Of a stretch of 40,293 nt of DNA, positions 1 to 9,036 are shown piece by piece (position 1 is the stretch's first letter; every line of letters begins with the position of its first letter). The stretch lies in contig JAZUOR010000124.1 in the NCBI GenBank assembly GCA_045604745.1, forward strand, positions 1 to 40,293. The letters are read 5' to 3'. The position numbers were made by a program, and so were the translations under genes. Below the pieces are notes generated by a model. The model was not told where the DNA came from. It searched no databases and worked only from the letters and a program-made list of their open reading frames with translations. Source of the DNA: Acutalibacteraceae bacterium (GTDB taxonomy: Bacteria; Bacillota; Clostridia; Oscillospirales; Acutalibacteraceae).

Positions 1-149
1 CCAAGAACGACAGTGTCATACTCCATGAGCTTTGAAACGGCCGCTTTTTTTGTTTCGATACAGTCAAATCCCGTTTCCTCCTGCAGCCACTGTGCGTACT
101 TTTTTGTTGCACCGTACTTTGACTGGTAAATAATAATCCCTTTACTCAT
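1..149 (-). CDS. flavodoxin-like protein, N-terminal part (gene runs off the left edge)
   Basis: My translation of the minus strand from the ATG at 149 gives MSKGIIIYQSKYGATKKYAQWLQEETGFDCIETKKAAVSKLMEYDTVVLG, a typical flavodoxin-fold N-terminus. The start overlaps the stop of the upstream MarR gene by 8 nt, suggesting an operon. Confidence 0.55.
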   Translation of the reverse strand, partial: MSKGIIIYQSKYGATKKYAQWLQEETGFDCIETKKAAVSKLMEYDTVVL

Positions 150-633
150 TGATGCTCTCTCCTTCGATTTTTTTGATATTCTCTTCTATCTGAATTATGG
201 TGTGTATGGTGGTGCGCAGCTGTTCTTCCGGAATCCCTTTGAACATGGCTGTCATTATGCGGGCGCTCATTTCATCGTTGCGGCTGCAGTATTCCATGCA
301 GTGCGGCGTAAGTAAAACCCGCTGCTTTCGCCTGTCCTCCGGGTCGGACGTTATTTGGACAAAGTCTTTTTTCTCCAGCTTGAGCAGTAGCTGCTTTACG
401 TTCTGGTGGGATGTGCCGATGATTTCCGCCAGTTCTTTTATTGTGGGCGGTGTACGGCAGAGATTTATGCATATGATGGCAAAAAACTGCTTCCAGCTTA
501 TCTCCTTCATCTGCCGGTCAGCCATTGCCTGAAAGCGGTTGTCAAACGCACTGAGCAGACCGAGAAGGAAATATGACGATTCTATGCCGGAAAAGTCTAC
601 ATTTTCGTGCTCAAATATTTCTCTGAAATCCAT
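142..633 (-). CDS. MarR-family transcriptional regulator
   Basis: 163-aa ORF. The winged-HTH core (TIKELAEIIGTSHQNVKQLLLKLEKKDFVQITSDPEDRRKQRVLLTP) matches the MarR pattern. Palindromic operator candidates lie just upstream. Confidence 0.85.
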   Translation of the reverse strand: MDFREIFEHENVDFSGIESSYFLLGLLSAFDNRFQAMADRQMKEISWKQFFAIICINLCRTPPTIKELAEIIGTSHQNVKQLLLKLEKKDFVQITSDPEDRRKQRVLLTPHCMEYCSRNDEMSARIMTAMFKGIPEEQLRTTIHTIIQIEENIKKIEGESINE

Positions 634-648
634 GCTGCCTCCGATTAA

Positions 649-685
649 GTAATATATTACCTTATCACAAATAGTAACATATTAC
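649..685. promoter_or_regulatory. two copies of a 12-bp palindrome (GTAATATATTAC at 649-660, GTAACATATTAC at 674-685): candidate MarR operator
   Basis: Read directly. The first copy is a perfect palindrome and the second has one mismatch. Centres are 25 bp apart, 16-52 bp upstream of the marR-like start codon. Confidence 0.4.
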
Positions 686-750
686 CTTTCCTTTGTCAAG
701 TGTTATTATGAAAAAAGAGCCCCGACAAAAAGCCGGAGCCCGTGCATGCA

Positions 751-1170
751 TCATTGACTCCGCAGATACATCTGCGAGTCAATGTATTCTTTTTCAGCAA
801 AGCGCAGAAGCTGTTCAAGATCGTCAAATGCGTATTCGATCTCATCGTCAGCGTCGTGATCCCACGAGGTAAAGGCCGGTTCGCCAGAAACCGGCTGCAT
901 TCTGCACAGCCAGAAGGCAAAGTATTCATCTGCACCGAAGTGAAAAGCTCTCTCACTTCTGAATGGCTCCTCCACTTCCGAGCACCTGACCGCCTCATCC
1001 GGCGTTTCAATATGTCCGAAAGGAAACTCCGCACTGCTGTACAGGGCATAAAACTCCGCAAGCGGTGCCGGTATTTTTTCCGGATACGAATTGGTCTGAG
1101 CCGGTCTGAGCGCAACGGCATCGCCGTACTTCTGCTGAATCTCGGCTAAATACTCTGTCACCGCTGTCAT
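751..1170 (-). CDS. SMI1/KNR4 (SUKH)-like small acidic protein
   Basis: 139-aa ORF. The pattern IPAPLAEFYALYSSAEFPFG plus an acidic C-terminus resembles SUKH-1 family proteins. Its ATG overlaps the stop of the MATE gene (ATGA), suggesting translational coupling. Confidence 0.45.
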   Translation of the reverse strand: MTAVTEYLAEIQQKYGDAVALRPAQTNSYPEKIPAPLAEFYALYSSAEFPFGHIETPDEAVRCSEVEEPFRSERAFHFGADEYFAFWLCRMQPVSGEPAFTSWDHDADDEIEYAFDDLEQLLRFAEKEYIDSQMYLRSQ

Positions 1171-2594
1171 GTTACCCCTCCTGCTTTTTCCGCTGGCGGC
1201 ATTATTTCTGCCTCTTCCTCCTGCTCAAGCCTGCTGATGCTGCGCAGGAAGCCGACAGCAAAGGGTATGCTTACAAGGAACGTGCAGAAATCACTGACAG
1301 CCTGCACCAGCTCCACACCCAGCAGACCGAGCATCGGCGGCAGTATCATGACGCAGGGAATAAAGAAGAAGCCCTGTCGGCAGCATGAGAGCAGCACCGC
1401 CCTGAGCTTGCTGCCGGTTGCCTGAAAGGTCATGTTGCACACCACGTTGGTGCAAAGAAACGGCAGAGCAATGGCCTGAAATCTAAGAGCACGTGCTCCG
1501 ATATCGATAACCTTCGGGTCGTCAATGAACAGCGGAATAATGTCGGGAGCAAAGATCAGAGCAACTATACCCAGCGCGGAAAGGCAGGCCGTTCCGACGA
1601 CGAAGGTAAACGTAAATGCCGTACGTACTCTCCCCCACAGCTTTGCTCCGTAATTATAGCCTGCAACCGGCTGGTATCCCTGACCGATGCCAAGGCCGAC
1701 ACAGAAAATGAGCATGTATATCTTGAGTACTATGCTCATTCCGGACAGAGCTTCGTCGCCGCCGTATTCGCCCGCCTGATTGTTGAGCAGGATGGTGGAA
1801 ATGCTGGCAAGTCCCTGCCGGCAGAATGACGGAGCCCCGGTGCGCACTGTTTCCCAGAGAGTTCCGATGCCGGAGACAGCGTGTCTGACGCTGACTCTGA
1901 TAGTGCTCTTTGTGAGCAGCATTATCAGCAGAATCACGCAGGACACGGTCTGACTTATGAGAGTCGCGATGGCTGCGCCGGCAACGCCCATGTCAAACAC
2001 AAAGATAAACAGCGGATCAAGGGCAATATTCAGTACGCCGCCGGTTGTGATGCCTACCATGGAAAGCTGCGCCTTGCCCTCCGCACGCAGAAGATTGTTA
2101 AGCACAAAGGAAGATGCCATTATCGGCGCGCCAAACAGAATGTACGACGCATAATCACGGGCATAGGGCAGCACCGTCGGCGTTGCACCCAGCATGGACA
2201 TCAGCGGGTTTATGAAGATATAGCCCGCAACGGTCAGAGCCAGTCCGAGCACAACCGCCGCCATGATAGCCGCAGAAGCAAAACGGCTCGCTTTGTCGTA
2301 ATCCCTGACTCCCAGAGCACGGGAGACTACGCTGCCCGAACCCATACCCAGCGTAAAGCCGAGAGCCTGAATTATTGCCATGAGCGAAAAAACGACACCG
2401 ACAGCACCGGATGCGCTTTTACCCAGCTGGGAGACAAAGTAGGTATCCGCCATGTTGTAGAGCGACGTGACCATCATTGTTATAATGGTAGGTATGGCCA
2501 GCCGTATGATGAGCGGACGAACGGACGACTGTGTCATCAGCCGGTACTGTTTTTCCTGGGCGGACAAACCGGCTGTTGCCTGTGCTTTTGCCAT
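1167..2594 (-). CDS. MATE-family multidrug/oligosaccharide efflux transporter
   Basis: About 12 predicted TM segments. The N-terminus (RPLIIRLAIPTIITMMVTSLYNMADTYFVSQLG) is the canonical MATE/NorM motif. I moved the start to the ATG at 2594 (MAKAQ...), which is preceded by AAAGAGG. Confidence 0.9.
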   Translation of the reverse strand: MAKAQATAGLSAQEKQYRLMTQSSVRPLIIRLAIPTIITMMVTSLYNMADTYFVSQLGKSASGAVGVVFSLMAIIQALGFTLGMGSGSVVSRALGVRDYDKASRFASAAIMAAVVLGLALTVAGYIFINPLMSMLGATPTVLPYARDYASYILFGAPIMASSFVLNNLLRAEGKAQLSMVGITTGGVLNIALDPLFIFVFDMGVAGAAIATLISQTVSCVILLIMLLTKSTIRVSVRHAVSGIGTLWETVRTGAPSFCRQGLASISTILLNNQAGEYGGDEALSGMSIVLKIYMLIFCVGLGIGQGYQPVAGYNYGAKLWGRVRTAFTFTFVVGTACLSALGIVALIFAPDIIPLFIDDPKVIDIGARALRFQAIALPFLCTNVVCNMTFQATGSKLRAVLLSCCRQGFFFIPCVMILPPMLGLLGVELVQAVSDFCTFLVSIPFAVGFLRSISRLEQEEEAEIMPPAEKAGGVT

Positions 2595-2709
2595 AGAGCA
2601 TGCGCCTCTTTCAATAGAAGTTATACGGATAACATATTGATTTATTATATACCCCAAATCCGGTCGTGTCTACGAAAAAATCCGGATATATCATCAAAAA
2701 GACACCGTA

Positions 2710-3324
2710 TCAGCAATAGGCTGCGGTCAGTTCTTCCCAGTGTGTCAATGCAACTTCCGCAAGCTCCGGGTCATACATAATGCCGATGTTCCGCTCTATT
2801 TCCTCTCTGCAGCGTTCAAGCGGCATAGCTTCGCGATATGCTCGCGCAGAGGCCATGGCATCAATTGAATCGCATATAGCGATAATCCGCGCGCCCAGAG
2901 GGATTTCCTCGCTCTTTGCGCCATACGGGTAACCCTTTCCGTCATAGCGTTCGTGGTGGTGAAGTATGATGGCAGATATCCTGGCAAAACGCTTTGATTT
3001 TGAGAGAATATCAGAACCGATCTGCGGATGGGTGTTCATGACGCTGCGCTCGTAATCATTAAGCCTTGCCGGCTTGAGCAGAATCGAATCCGGGATACCT
3101 ATTTTTCCGATATCGTGCAGATGGGCGGCAATGTGAATCTCCTGAGTTTCTTCTTCGCTCAGACCGATATATCCGCACAGCATGCAGGCCATATCGCTCA
3201 CCCGCCGGGAATGATTGCCGGTGTAGGGGTCACGTGCATCAAGAGCGGAGGTGATGCATTCCACCAGCTCATGATATTCATAGGTTTCCTCGCAGCTGCA
3301 CTGCTGCTTGTCCATTGTTTCCAT
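2710..3324 (-). CDS. HD-GYP domain protein (putative cyclic-di-GMP phosphodiesterase), stand-alone
   Basis: Motifs HLHDIGKIGIPDSILLKP and HHHERYDGKGYPYG are present. I moved the start to the ATG at 3324 (METMDK...), which is preceded by GGGAGGAG. Confidence 0.85.
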   Translation of the reverse strand: METMDKQQCSCEETYEYHELVECITSALDARDPYTGNHSRRVSDMACMLCGYIGLSEEETQEIHIAAHLHDIGKIGIPDSILLKPARLNDYERSVMNTHPQIGSDILSKSKRFARISAIILHHHERYDGKGYPYGAKSEEIPLGARIIAICDSIDAMASARAYREAMPLERCREEIERNIGIMYDPELAEVALTHWEELTAAYC

Positions 3325-3403
3325 ACTTTCTCCTCCCGCACGGTCAGTACCTGCCGCGCTGCAAAGACAACCGATGCGCTTTTCACGCACCGGTTGTCGC
3401 CCA

Positions 3404-3910
3404 TTATTCTTCGCAGCAGGCCTTTATCAACTCAACGGCCTTTTCCACTGTTTCTTCGATGTGCATGCCGCCCGCGTTAAGAATGATGTCCGCATAGCGT
3501 TCGTAAAGCGGACTGCGCTCGGCGTAAAGGTCGGCAATGGTCTTCCCCTTCTGCATGGCAACTCCGCGGGTCTTTATGTTGGTCAGCCGACCCTCCAGCT
3601 CTTCACAGGGCAAAGATATGTACAGTATGACAGCATCTTTCCCAAGGTGTTCCATGGCTTTCTGCGAATAGACCGCACTGCCGCCGGTGGCTATGACCGA
3701 ACCATCCTCCTTTATGGCACACAGAGTTGCCTCTTCCTCGGCAAGAAAGGATTCCAGTCCTTTCCGGTCGATTATTTCCTGCAGGCTCATGCCGCTGCGT
3801 TTCTGTATTATAAGGTCGCAGTCCACAAAGGTATACTGCATGGCCTTGGCAAGCAGCACTCCAACGGTGCTTTTGCCGCAGCCGGGCATTCCTATAAGAA
3901 CTATGTTCAT
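3404..3910 (-). CDS. aroK: shikimate kinase
   Basis: MNIVLIGMPGCGKSTVG is a Walker A motif, followed by FVDCDLIIQKRSGMSLQEII and GGSAVYS. The size (168 aa) is typical. I moved the start to the ATG at 3910. Confidence 0.85.
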   Translation of the reverse strand: MNIVLIGMPGCGKSTVGVLLAKAMQYTFVDCDLIIQKRSGMSLQEIIDRKGLESFLAEEEATLCAIKEDGSVIATGGSAVYSQKAMEHLGKDAVILYISLPCEELEGRLTNIKTRGVAMQKGKTIADLYAERSPLYERYADIILNAGGMHIEETVEKAVELIKACCEE

Positions 3911-3930
3911 GATCTGATACCTCTTTTTGA

Positions 3931-5808
3931 TCAATCGGTTTTCAGCGCACGGATGGAATTGAGCACTGCCAGAACCATTACACCGACGTCGGCAAAGATC
4001 GCCGCCCACATGTCAGCTGCGCCAAAGGCACCCAGCACAAGGCAAAGAAGCTTGATCCCGATGGAGAAAATTATGTTCTGTCTGACGATGGAGATGCATT
4101 TGCGTGAGATCTTTATGGCGCGGGCGATCTTTCGCGGATCGTCGTCCATCAGCACCACGTCGGCAGCCTCAATGGCAGCGTCCGAGCCCATGGCTCCCAT
4201 GGCAATGCCTATGTCTGCCCTTGACAGCACCGGAGCGTCGTTGATTCCGTCACCTGCAAAGGCAACCTTTTCTTTTCTGCCCTTTGAAGCAATGATATCC
4301 TCCATTCGGGCAACCTTGTCAGCAGGCAGCAGCTGGCTGTACACCTCATCCACACCCAGCTCCGATGCTACTTTCCCGGCAACTCCGGCGACATCTCCGG
4401 TAAGCATGACCGTTCTGGTCACCCCTGCTTTTTTCAGCATGGCAACAGCTTCGCCCGCCTCCGGCTTTACCACATCGGAAATTACGATATGTCCGGCATA
4501 GCTGCCGTCTATGGCTACATGGAGCACGGTGCCTGCGCTGCTGCATTCATTGAAAGCTATGCCGAGCCTGTTCATGAGTCTGCCGTTACCAACGGCAACG
4601 CTGACGCCGTCCACCGTTGCGGTGACTCCGCAGCCGCTCGTTTCCGCAATATCGGTCACACGGCTGCGGTCGATATCTCTGCCGTAAGCCTTGCGCAGAC
4701 TGCGGCTGACAGGATGTGAGGATGCACACTCGGCATGAGCGGCATACTCCAGCAGTCTTTCCGCGTCAAGCGTGCTGTGATGCACTCCGGTAACCTCAAA
4801 CACACCCTGCGTAAGGGTACCTGTCTTGTCAAAAACCACGCATCCGGTCCGAGAGAGAGCTTCAAGATAATTGGAACCCTTGATGAGTATACCCTCTCTT
4901 CCTGCTCCGCCTATTCCGGCAAAAAAGCTCAGAGGAACACTTATAACCAGCGCGCAGGGACAGCTGATGACGAGAAATGTAAGCGCCCGGTATAACCAGT
5001 CAGAAAAGTCTGCCGGCTTACCAAGTGCCATTGACACAAGGGAAGGGATCACTGCAAGAGCCAGAGCGGAAAAACACACCGCCGGAGTATACACTCTTGC
5101 GAATCTGGAAATAAAGTTTTCCGAGCGCGACTTGCGCGACGCGGCATTCTCCACCAGTTCCAGCACCTTTGATACGGTGGACTGTCCGAATTCCTTTGTT
5201 GTGCGCATCTGCAGAACACCGTTCATGCATACGCTGCCGCTGATCACCTCGTCGCCCTCTGCAGCATCTCTGGGAAAGCTCTCTCCGGTGAGTGCAGAGG
5301 TGTTGAGACTCGCAGAACCGCTGGTCACTATGCCGTCAATAGGTACCTTTTCACCCGGCTGAACGGTTATGGTGCTGCCCACCGCCACCTCACGTGGATC
5401 AACCTGCACAAGCTGACCGTTCTGCTCAACGTTGGCATAGTCCGGACGAATATCCATAAGCCGGCTGATGCTTCTGCGGCTCTTGCCAACGGCACAGCTC
5501 TGGAACAGCTCGCCGATCTGATAGAACAGCATGACGGCAATGGCCTCGTTATAATCTCCGCTGCGGCTGTATACAGCAAGCACAAAGGCTCCTATGGTGG
5601 CAACTGCCATGAGAAAATTCTCGCTGAACACCTGCCCGTTGACAATTCCCAGCACAGCCTTTCTGAGAATGTCATATCCGATTATCAGATATACCGCAAG
5701 ATAAAGCGTCAGACGCAGCCAGCCGCTCACGGGAATCAAATTAAGCACCACAAGCATAACTGCGGAGACGATTATGCGCACAAGCATTCTTTTCTGTTTG
5801 CGATTCAT
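3931..5808 (-). CDS. heavy-metal translocating P1B-type ATPase (Cd/Zn-type CPC motif), lacking a fused N-terminal metal-binding domain
   Basis: Motifs CPCALVISVPL (TM6), DKTGTLT (phosphorylation site), SSHPVS, MLTGD and GDGINDAP are all present. Confidence 0.95.
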   Translation of the reverse strand: MNRKQKRMLVRIIVSAVMLVVLNLIPVSGWLRLTLYLAVYLIIGYDILRKAVLGIVNGQVFSENFLMAVATIGAFVLAVYSRSGDYNEAIAVMLFYQIGELFQSCAVGKSRRSISRLMDIRPDYANVEQNGQLVQVDPREVAVGSTITVQPGEKVPIDGIVTSGSASLNTSALTGESFPRDAAEGDEVISGSVCMNGVLQMRTTKEFGQSTVSKVLELVENAASRKSRSENFISRFARVYTPAVCFSALALAVIPSLVSMALGKPADFSDWLYRALTFLVISCPCALVISVPLSFFAGIGGAGREGILIKGSNYLEALSRTGCVVFDKTGTLTQGVFEVTGVHHSTLDAERLLEYAAHAECASSHPVSRSLRKAYGRDIDRSRVTDIAETSGCGVTATVDGVSVAVGNGRLMNRLGIAFNECSSAGTVLHVAIDGSYAGHIVISDVVKPEAGEAVAMLKKAGVTRTVMLTGDVAGVAGKVASELGVDEVYSQLLPADKVARMEDIIASKGRKEKVAFAGDGINDAPVLSRADIGIAMGAMGSDAAIEAADVVLMDDDPRKIARAIKISRKCISIVRQNIIFSIGIKLLCLVLGAFGAADMWAAIFADVGVMVLAVLNSIRALKTD

Positions 5809-5850
5809 AGTGTCACCCTGCCTTGATTATTAAAGAATAAATCTATCTGA

Positions 5851-6069
5851 TCAAAATTCGATATCGCAGTCGGGTTCGATTTTGCGGCAGGCTTTGAGCA
5901 CCTGCTTCATGACCTTCTTTTCATCCTGTCCATCTTCAAACTCAACGGTCATCTTCTGGGTCATGAAGCTGAGAGTGGCACTTCTGACTCCATCGATCTT
6001 CCCGGCGGCCTGCTCCATAAGATCTGCACAGTTTGCGCAGTCTACTTCGATATTGTATACTTTTTTCAT
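5851..6069 (-). CDS. heavy-metal-associated (HMA) domain metallochaperone
   Basis: MKKVYNIEVDCANCADLMEQ contains a CxxC metal-binding motif in a ~72-aa ferredoxin-like protein. It lies directly upstream of the P-type ATPase. The start at 6069 is preceded by AGGGAG. Confidence 0.8.
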   Translation of the reverse strand: MKKVYNIEVDCANCADLMEQAAGKIDGVRSATLSFMTQKMTVEFEDGQDEKKVMKQVLKACRKIEPDCDIEF

Positions 6070-6097
6070 TGCTGGCATCTCCCTTTCAATTTTTACA

Positions 6098-6120
6098 CGA
6101 TTAAGCACTTGTTTAATCGT
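6098..6120. promoter_or_regulatory. inverted repeat ACGATTAA-N7-TTAATCGT in the divergent promoter region: candidate ArsR/SmtB-type operator
   Basis: Read directly. It sits between the HMA/ATPase operon (minus strand) and the ArsR-AraC regulator (plus strand). A TATAAT-like box (agTATAAT) follows at about 6130. Confidence 0.3.
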
Positions 6121-6215
6121 TGCAGCTTCAGTATAATAATTCCGGACAGAAAATCAAGACATTCTGGCGCTTAACTGCCAGACCGGCGAATTTAGCTTCC
6201 AAAAAGGAGAATTGT

Positions 6216-6920
6216 ATGCTCACGTCATCCATGCCCCATGAACACGGAGATTACCATAACCTCAGCGAGGTCAGGGCGGCTCTTGCAAACTCCGGAGCGT
6301 TCAACGCAGCCGCAGAGCTGTTTCATCAGATCGGCGACCCCACACGCATACGTATCTTCTGGCTGCTGTGCCACCGCGAGGAATGCGTAGCCAATCTTTC
6401 GGCGCTGCTGGGAATGTCCAGTCCGGCAGTGTCTCACCATCTGCGCCCGCTCAGGGAATGCGGACTGATCATCAGCCGACGGAACGGCAAGGAGGTGCAC
6501 TATCGTGTGGCAGACACCGAGGTGTGCCGGCTGCTTCATCTGATGACCGAACAGGTCATGGAGATCGCCTGTCCGGAGCACACCGGTGATGCCCAGCCCT
6601 CCAACGCCGATATCGTGCGTCAGGTGCACGATTATCTGGTGGAGCATCTTGCCGGACGCATTACCATTGCCGAGCTGGCAAGACAGTTCCACATCAACCC
6701 GACCACTCTCAAGGAGATGTTCAAGGCTGAATACGGCAACTCCATAGCTGCCCATATCAAAGAACACCGAATGGAAAAAGCCGCCGCTCTGCTGACTTCC
6801 ACCCGCAGCAGCATTGCGCACATAGCAGGCGAAGTTGGATTTGAGAGCCAGAGCCGTTTTACCACGGCGTTCAGGGAGACCTACGGCATGCTTCCCACCG
6901 AATACCGCAAAAAGTCATAG
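6216..6920 (+). CDS. ArsR/SmtB-type metalloregulator HTH fused to a C-terminal AraC-type HTH domain
   Basis: The N-terminal half (GDPTRIRIFWLLCHREECVANLSALLGMSSPAVSHHLRPLRECGLIISRRNGKEVHYRV) is ArsR-like. The C-terminal half (ITIAELARQFHINPTTLKEMFK...IAGEVGFESQSRFTTAFRETYGMLPTEYR) is AraC HTH. The start at 6216 follows AAGGAG. Confidence 0.8.
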   Translation: MLTSSMPHEHGDYHNLSEVRAALANSGAFNAAAELFHQIGDPTRIRIFWLLCHREECVANLSALLGMSSPAVSHHLRPLRECGLIISRRNGKEVHYRVADTEVCRLLHLMTEQVMEIACPEHTGDAQPSNADIVRQVHDYLVEHLAGRITIAELARQFHINPTTLKEMFKAEYGNSIAAHIKEHRMEKAAALLTSTRSSIAHIAGEVGFESQSRFTTAFRETYGMLPTEYRKKS

Positions 6921-7041
6921 TTCAGGCAGCTGCTTCTTTATTTTATACGGGAATCAGACAAATAATGACTTTTCATGCCGGGATAAATATGATAGAATAC
7001 AGGCACAAGAACAGTATCACGCGGCTATACGCAGGAAAGGA

Positions 7042-7956
7042 ATGGTCACGTATATGGACGACAACCGCAGAATGGTCTCTTCGGATGCAATAACCCGCAC
7101 ATACATCGACAGTCTCCTGGTTGAGATGCGGCATCTGGACGCGGTAACGCCCTCCACTCAGCTTGAGCTTTTCGGGAAAACTTTTGCCACACCGGTCATG
7201 ACCGGCGCGCTTTCCCACCTCGGCAATGTGTGCTCCGACGGCATGGCCGTGATGGCTGAAGGCGCCCACGCCGCAGGAGCTGTGGTGTGGAGCGGCATGG
7301 GCCCCATGGATGAGCTGGAGGCCATGACCGCCACAGGAGCCTCCGTAATCAAGATAATAAAGCCCTATGCTGACCGGGACAGCATCCGCGAAAAAATACG
7401 CCATGCCGAAAAGTGTGGTGCACTGGCTGTCGGAATCGACATCGACCATGCCTTTGACCGCAGCCGGGGCTACGACCGGATAGACGGCATGGACATGTTC
7501 CCGCTGAGCAGCTCCGAGCTGGCCGAGCTGGTAAAATTCACTTCTCTTCCCTTTGTGATAAAAGGTGTGCTCAGCCGACAGGACGCACGCAAATGCCTTG
7601 ACGCAGGCGTGCAGGGAATGGTGGTTTCCCATCACAACGGACGGCTGGACTGTGCCGTTCCTCCGCTGATGATTCTGCCTGAGATACTTGAAGAGACCGG
7701 CGGCAGGGTGCCGCTGTTTGTCGACTGCAGCCTGCAGACCGGCCTTGACGTGTTCAAGGCACTGGCTCTGGGCGCCACCGCCTGTTCTGTCGGACGGCCG
7801 CTGATGGGGCGGATGAAAGCCGACGGCGCACAGGGCGTCAAGGAAGCCATTGAAGAAATCACACGTGACCTTGCCTACACTATGGCCATGACCTGTTCAA
7901 AGGATCTTGGTTCCATCGACCGCTCGGTCGTGAGAAACAGCTATTTTTACCGGTAA
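7042..7956 (+). CDS. FMN-dependent alpha-hydroxy-acid dehydrogenase/oxidase family protein
   Basis: The C-terminal pattern VIKGVLSRQDARKCLDAGVQGMVVSHHNGRLDCAVP...GRVPLFVDCSLQTGLDVFKALALGATACSVGRP is typical of the FMN_dh TIM barrel. I chose the start at the ATG at 7042. Confidence 0.75.
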   Translation: MVTYMDDNRRMVSSDAITRTYIDSLLVEMRHLDAVTPSTQLELFGKTFATPVMTGALSHLGNVCSDGMAVMAEGAHAAGAVVWSGMGPMDELEAMTATGASVIKIIKPYADRDSIREKIRHAEKCGALAVGIDIDHAFDRSRGYDRIDGMDMFPLSSSELAELVKFTSLPFVIKGVLSRQDARKCLDAGVQGMVVSHHNGRLDCAVPPLMILPEILEETGGRVPLFVDCSLQTGLDVFKALALGATACSVGRPLMGRMKADGAQGVKEAIEEITRDLAYTMAMTCSKDLGSIDRSVVRNSYFYR

Positions 7957-7974
7957 ATTAAGGAGGATATAATC

Positions 7975-8811
7975 ATGCGTCTTGGCGGTTCGGTAATGAA
8001 TCCCTACAGCTGTCCGGAGCAGTGGCTGGCTCAGGTAAAGGAGCTCGGATATACTGCTGTCATTTTTCCCGTTGACCACACTGCTTCTCCTTCGGAGATA
8101 CAGGAGTATCTTCACTGTGCACAGGAAAACGACCTGCTTATCGGTGAGGTAGGTGTGTGGCGCAACTGCATGTCTCCCAACATATCCGAACGGGAGGAAA
8201 ACATCAGATACGCCATCGGTCAGCTTGAACTTGCAGAAGAAGTGGGTGCACGCTGCTGCGTCAACATCAGCGGTTCATGGGCTCAGCTGTGGGACGGCTA
8301 CCACGCCGACCATGACTCCCAGCTGTATTACGAACTGCTCATCGGTACCACCCGCCAGATAATCGATGCGGTAAAGCCGCAGAACACCTGTTATTCCCTT
8401 GAGCCTATGCCGTGGATGTGCCCCGAATCTCCGGAACAGTACACCAAGCTGATGAAGGACGTGGGAAGGGACGCCTTCAAGGTTCATCTTGATTATGCCA
8501 ACATGGTGAACAGTCTTGACCGCTACCGTCGTTCCTCCGACTTCATCCGCAGCTGTTTTGAGCAGTTGGGACCTCACATCCGCAGCATTCATGCAAAGGA
8601 CCTCATGCTGGACGACACCCGTCTGCCGCTGTGCATTGAGGAAGCTGCTCCCGGAAAGGGCACTATAGATTTCGGGCTGGTGCTGAAGCTGTCCGATCAG
8701 CTCGGAGCTGACACTCCCGTTTTCGTTGAGCATCTGCCCGATCATGCTGCCTATATGGCTGCTGCAGAGCATATGCGTACTGTCGCAAAGGCTAACGGTA
8801 TAAGAGTCTGA
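7975..8811 (+). CDS. sugar-phosphate isomerase/epimerase (xylose-isomerase-like TIM barrel)
   Basis: 278 aa. LEPMPW, VHLDYANM and IHAKD are spaced as the metal-ligand strands of the AP-endonuclease-2/xylose isomerase-like fold. Confidence 0.7.
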   Translation: MRLGGSVMNPYSCPEQWLAQVKELGYTAVIFPVDHTASPSEIQEYLHCAQENDLLIGEVGVWRNCMSPNISEREENIRYAIGQLELAEEVGARCCVNISGSWAQLWDGYHADHDSQLYYELLIGTTRQIIDAVKPQNTCYSLEPMPWMCPESPEQYTKLMKDVGRDAFKVHLDYANMVNSLDRYRRSSDFIRSCFEQLGPHIRSIHAKDLMLDDTRLPLCIEEAAPGKGTIDFGLVLKLSDQLGADTPVFVEHLPDHAAYMAAAEHMRTVAKANGIRV

Positions 8812-8835
8812 CGCCATTCATCTGTAAACACAAAA

Positions 8836-8880
8836 CCAGTCCTGTCCGACAAACACGGTGTCTGACAGGACTGGTTTTTC
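8836..8880 (+). terminator. rho-independent terminator
   Basis: An 11-bp perfect stem (CCAGTCCTGTC...GACAGGACTGG) is followed by TTTTT. Confidence 0.8.
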
Positions 8881-9036
8881 TTACGAAAAGATGCTTTTTC
8901 AATCTTTTCGTGATTTTTATTCAGAATGGCATTGCTTATTTTTTCGGGATATGTATAATGTTACTGTAACTATTGTATTTTGCAAATATCTATCACCAAA
9001 GATCTGATACAAATATATTATCATGAGGTAATTTAC

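Noticed and set aside
1881-2780. 299-aa plus-strand ORF (and smaller ones) across the MATE transporter locus
   Set aside because: It is antisense to a confidently identified MATE gene. The translation is Arg/His/Cys-rich with no motifs, which is typical of a shadow ORF in GC-rich coding DNA.
3308-4501. 397-aa plus-strand ORF overlapping the aroK and P-type ATPase genes
   Set aside because: It is antisense to two motif-rich genes. Its composition (Ala/Ser/Phe-rich, no domains) indicates a shadow ORF.
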